Shown: piece after piece, positions 60,276 to 64,000 of the stretch
How the letters are laid out: the number at the start of each line of letters is the position of its first letter
How positions within the stretch are numbered: the stretch's first letter is position 1
NCBI GenBank assembly: GCA_963662545.2
Contig: CAXXLL010000002.1
Location: forward strand, 1,280,001 to 1,344,000
Origin: Gammaproteobacteria bacterium
GTDB lineage: Bacteria; Pseudomonadota; Gammaproteobacteria; Ga0077536
DNA: 64,000 nucleotides
Reading direction: 5' to 3'
The notes under the pieces: model-generated
What the model saw: the letters and a program-made list of their open reading frames with translations, nothing else
The model's database searches: none
What the model was told of the DNA's origin: nothing
Translations under genes and position numbers: made by a program

Positions 60276-61463
60276 GTGGCTGATCAAAATCGCTGGTTGT
60301 TACCTGACGGCGTCGATGAAGTGCTGCCGCCGCGTGCGCGCACGCTCGAGGATCTGAGGCGTAAACTGCTCGATATTTTCGATCGGTGGGGATACGAACT
60401 GGTCATGCCCCCGATCGTCGAGTACCTCGATTCGCTGCTTTCCGGTATCGGTGAAGACCTCGATTTACAGACCTTCAAACTCATCGATCAACTCAGCGGC
60501 CGCCTGATGGGCGTACGCGCCGACATCACGCCGCAAATTGCGCGCATCGACGCACACCGGATGGTCTCCGAAGCGCCGCAACGCTTCTGTTATGTCGGAC
60601 CGGTGGTCCACACCTTGCCGGACAAGTTTGCCGGATCGCGAAACCCGCTGCAGATAGGAGCGGAACTCTACGGGCACACCGGTATCGAGAGTGACGCGGA
60701 GATCATCGCCTTGTTGCTCGAGGTATTGCGCGCAGCAAATGTTCCTGACGTCACCCTTGAACTCGGACATATGGGCCTGTTTCAGGCGATCTTCGAGCAG
60801 GCGCAGTTTGACGACGCGTTCGAATCGAAAGTGCTCGAATTGCTCCTCAAGAAAGACGCAACCGGTTTGCGCGAATTACTCGCGGATACTGAATTTTCGG
60901 AAGACGTTAATCGCCACCTCCTGGCGTTGACAGACCTGCACGGTGGGCATGATGTGATCGAGCAGGCGCGCGCCGCACTTGCCCGGGCGCCGGCATCCGT
61001 GGGGCAGGCCCTGGATGACATCGAGAATCTCGTCAGACTGGTTCGCAATCGCGTGGCCGATGTCGACGTCCACCTCGATTTCGCCGAACTTCGCGGATAC
61101 CGTTATCACACGGGCATCATGTTTGCCGCCTACACGCCTGACGTGGGCCGGGCGATTGCCTGGGGCGGACGATACGATAATATCGGGAAATCTTTTGGCC
61201 GCCTGCGCTCAGCCACGGGCTTTAGTACCGATCTGAAAGCTTTGGCACTGCTGAGCGCGGAAAAGTCAGTGAGACTGCCGCGAATCTTTGCTCCCGCGGG
61301 CAGCGAGTCGGATCTACTGAAAGCGATGGCGGAATATCGAAGCGCCGGTTATACCGTGATTCAGGGATTGCCCGGTCAGTTCGGCGGCGCATCGGAGCTG
61401 GGCTGCGATCAGGAAATGACGAATGCAAGCGGGACCTGGCAGCTTGATGACGTCAACGGCTAA
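60276..61463 (+). CDS. hisZ: ATP phosphoribosyltransferase regulatory subunit
   Basis: WLLPDGVDE.LP, RADITPQIARID, QIGAELYG, YRYHTG, GGRYD; directly upstream of purA. Confidence 0.95.
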   Translation: MADQNRWLLPDGVDEVLPPRARTLEDLRRKLLDIFDRWGYELVMPPIVEYLDSLLSGIGEDLDLQTFKLIDQLSGRLMGVRADITPQIARIDAHRMVSEAPQRFCYVGPVVHTLPDKFAGSRNPLQIGAELYGHTGIESDAEIIALLLEVLRAANVPDVTLELGHMGLFQAIFEQAQFDDAFESKVLELLLKKDATGLRELLADTEFSEDVNRHLLALTDLHGGHDVIEQARAALARAPASVGQALDDIENLVRLVRNRVADVDVHLDFAELRGYRYHTGIMFAAYTPDVGRAIAWGGRYDNIGKSFGRLRSATGFSTDLKALALLSAEKSVRLPRIFAPAGSESDLLKAMAEYRSAGYTVIQGLPGQFGGASELGCDQEMTNASGTWQLDDVNG

Positions 61464-61467
61464 ATAG

Positions 61468-62805
<1,338 letters not shown>

Positions 62806-62964
62806 CAGGCTGTCGGAATTAGGGAATCGTAGCGAGGCGGTTGGGAAAGCCGTCCAGATGTGTCATGGTTTGAGGCGAATAGTGGGTCTATTTAACGATA
62901 ACCATGGCGCATCTGGACGGCTTTCCCAACGCCCAAGTCAATTCTTCCTAAGTCCGACAGCCTG
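62806..62964. mobile_element. MITE-like structured repeat, same family as 59871
   Basis: caggctgtcggaattagg … cctaagtccgacagcctg, flanked by TTAG/CTAA. Shares aatcgtagcgaggcg and tttgaggcgaatagtgg…ctatttaacga with the 59871 element. Confidence 0.8.
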
Positions 62965-62979
62965 CTAATTCAAACATTC

Positions 62980-63561
62980 ATGGCGACAGAAGAGCCCATC
63001 AAGCAGATTATCGACTGGCTGGGTGCGGCCGAAAAGAAGGAACCGAGCGATCCCGGCGCGATGTCCATAGCAACCGTCGGTGCCAACGGCCGTCCTTCTT
63101 TGCGCATGGTGTTGTTGCGCGGCATTGACGAACGCGGGCTCGTCTTCTATACCAATCTAGCCAGCGGCAAAGCAGTCGAAATTCGAACCAACCCCTGGGT
63201 CGCTCTGTGTCTGCACTGGAAGTCGACAGATCGCCAGGTGCGCGTTGAGGGCCGCGCCGAACTCGTCAGCGAAGCCGAAGCCGACGCGTATTTCGCCTCG
63301 CGCGACCGCGAATCTCAGATCGGTGCCTGGGCCTCGAAGCAATCGCAACCGCTAGTGGGCCGTTTCAAGCTCGAGCGCCGCGTAGCGACATTCGCCGCCC
63401 GGTACGCGATAAGTTCGGTGCCGCGGCCGGATTTCTGGTCCGGCTACCGGGTGGTGCCCGAGCGCGTCGAATTCTGGGAAAAGCGTCCGTTTCGTTTGCA
63501 CGAGCGGACGTTGTACGAACGCGAGGGGGACGCTTGGGCGGTCAGCCGACTTTATCCTTGA
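62980..63561 (+). CDS. pdxH: Pyridoxamine 5'-phosphate oxidase
   Basis: PSLRMVLL, FYTN..SGK, RQVRVEG, SQIGAWASKQS, EFW…RLHER, RLYP. Confidence 0.96.
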   Translation: MATEEPIKQIIDWLGAAEKKEPSDPGAMSIATVGANGRPSLRMVLLRGIDERGLVFYTNLASGKAVEIRTNPWVALCLHWKSTDRQVRVEGRAELVSEAEADAYFASRDRESQIGAWASKQSQPLVGRFKLERRVATFAARYAISSVPRPDFWSGYRVVPERVEFWEKRPFRLHERTLYEREGDAWAVSRLYP

Positions 63562-63619
63562 AAAACCCTCGATACCGCTTGCGTCGGGTGCTAGCCCGTA
63601 CCGGCGACTGATCCTTGCA

Positions 63620-64000
63620 ATGCAGACTATTGCGGTCTTCTGCATGTCGCAACGGGGGCACTTTCAGAGGATGAAGCCGGTGGTGGCGGGTCTGTCGAAG
63701 ATGGGCCACGCGGTCCACGTTTTCACGGATGCGGTCTTTCACGCCGAGATTGAACAGGCCCGCGCACGTTTCGTTGACCTCGGGCGTTACCCGATCGACG
63801 CGGCGGATTCAACTTCTTACCCGATGCCCTGCCGATACGTCAGCTTCGCGGCGACCTATGCCGAGCAACTCCTCGACGATCTCGATCGCCTCGCGCCGTC
63901 GGTCATCGTCTATGATTCCTACGCCGTGATCGGCTCAGTTCTCGGACGCCTAAGTGGGATACCTTACGTGTGCTTGTGTGCCGGCAACCAGCAGCCGGCC
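63620..64000 (+). CDS. GT1/MGT-family glycosyltransferase, 3'-truncated by window edge
   Basis: Not in the ORF track. Translation MQTIAVFCMSQRGHFQRMKPVVAGLSKMGHAVHVFT…PSVIVYDSYAVIG…GIPYV fits the GT-B N-terminal GH…P motif. Confidence 0.75.
   Translation, partial: MQTIAVFCMSQRGHFQRMKPVVAGLSKMGHAVHVFTDAVFHAEIEQARARFVDLGRYPIDAADSTSYPMPCRYVSFAATYAEQLLDDLDRLAPSVIVYDSYAVIGSVLGRLSGIPYVCLCAGNQQPA

Overview
GC-rich gammaproteobacterial chromosome segment. The assignment rests on the ffs-dnaX-ybaB-recR-orn and nnr-tsaE-amiB-mutL-miaA-hfq-hflXKC-DUF2065-hisZ-purA core block at 46-64 kb. The left 46 kb is accessory and holds four loci. (1) A 21-kb surface/secretion locus: a two-partner secretion pair (TpsB plus a ~5,000-codon repeat-rich TpsA) and a tandem-FecR protein converge on a Slam/type XI secretion-like barrel and its FecR-barrel cargo. 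(2) A catabolic run: hydantoinase/oxoprolinase A+B, a stand-alone PEP-utiliser phospho-His domain, an unknown 516-aa protein, an Rv1126c-like protein and an SDR. (3) ald with a divergent Lrp-family regulator. (4) The best candidate for a new system: a gene with a twin-arginine-like leader (split by a 1-nt frameshift) followed by 47 His-x-Asp motifs. It lies behind a well-formed sigma54 promoter with three TGT-N11-ACA sites and is followed by a repeat-flanked Fe/2OG dioxygenase + cupin pair. At least four families of small palindromic repeats or MITEs occupy intergenic spaces. Several frameshifts (TpsB, TpsA, HxD leader) may be long-read consensus errors rather than biology. All family calls are from motif recognition; no database searches were run.
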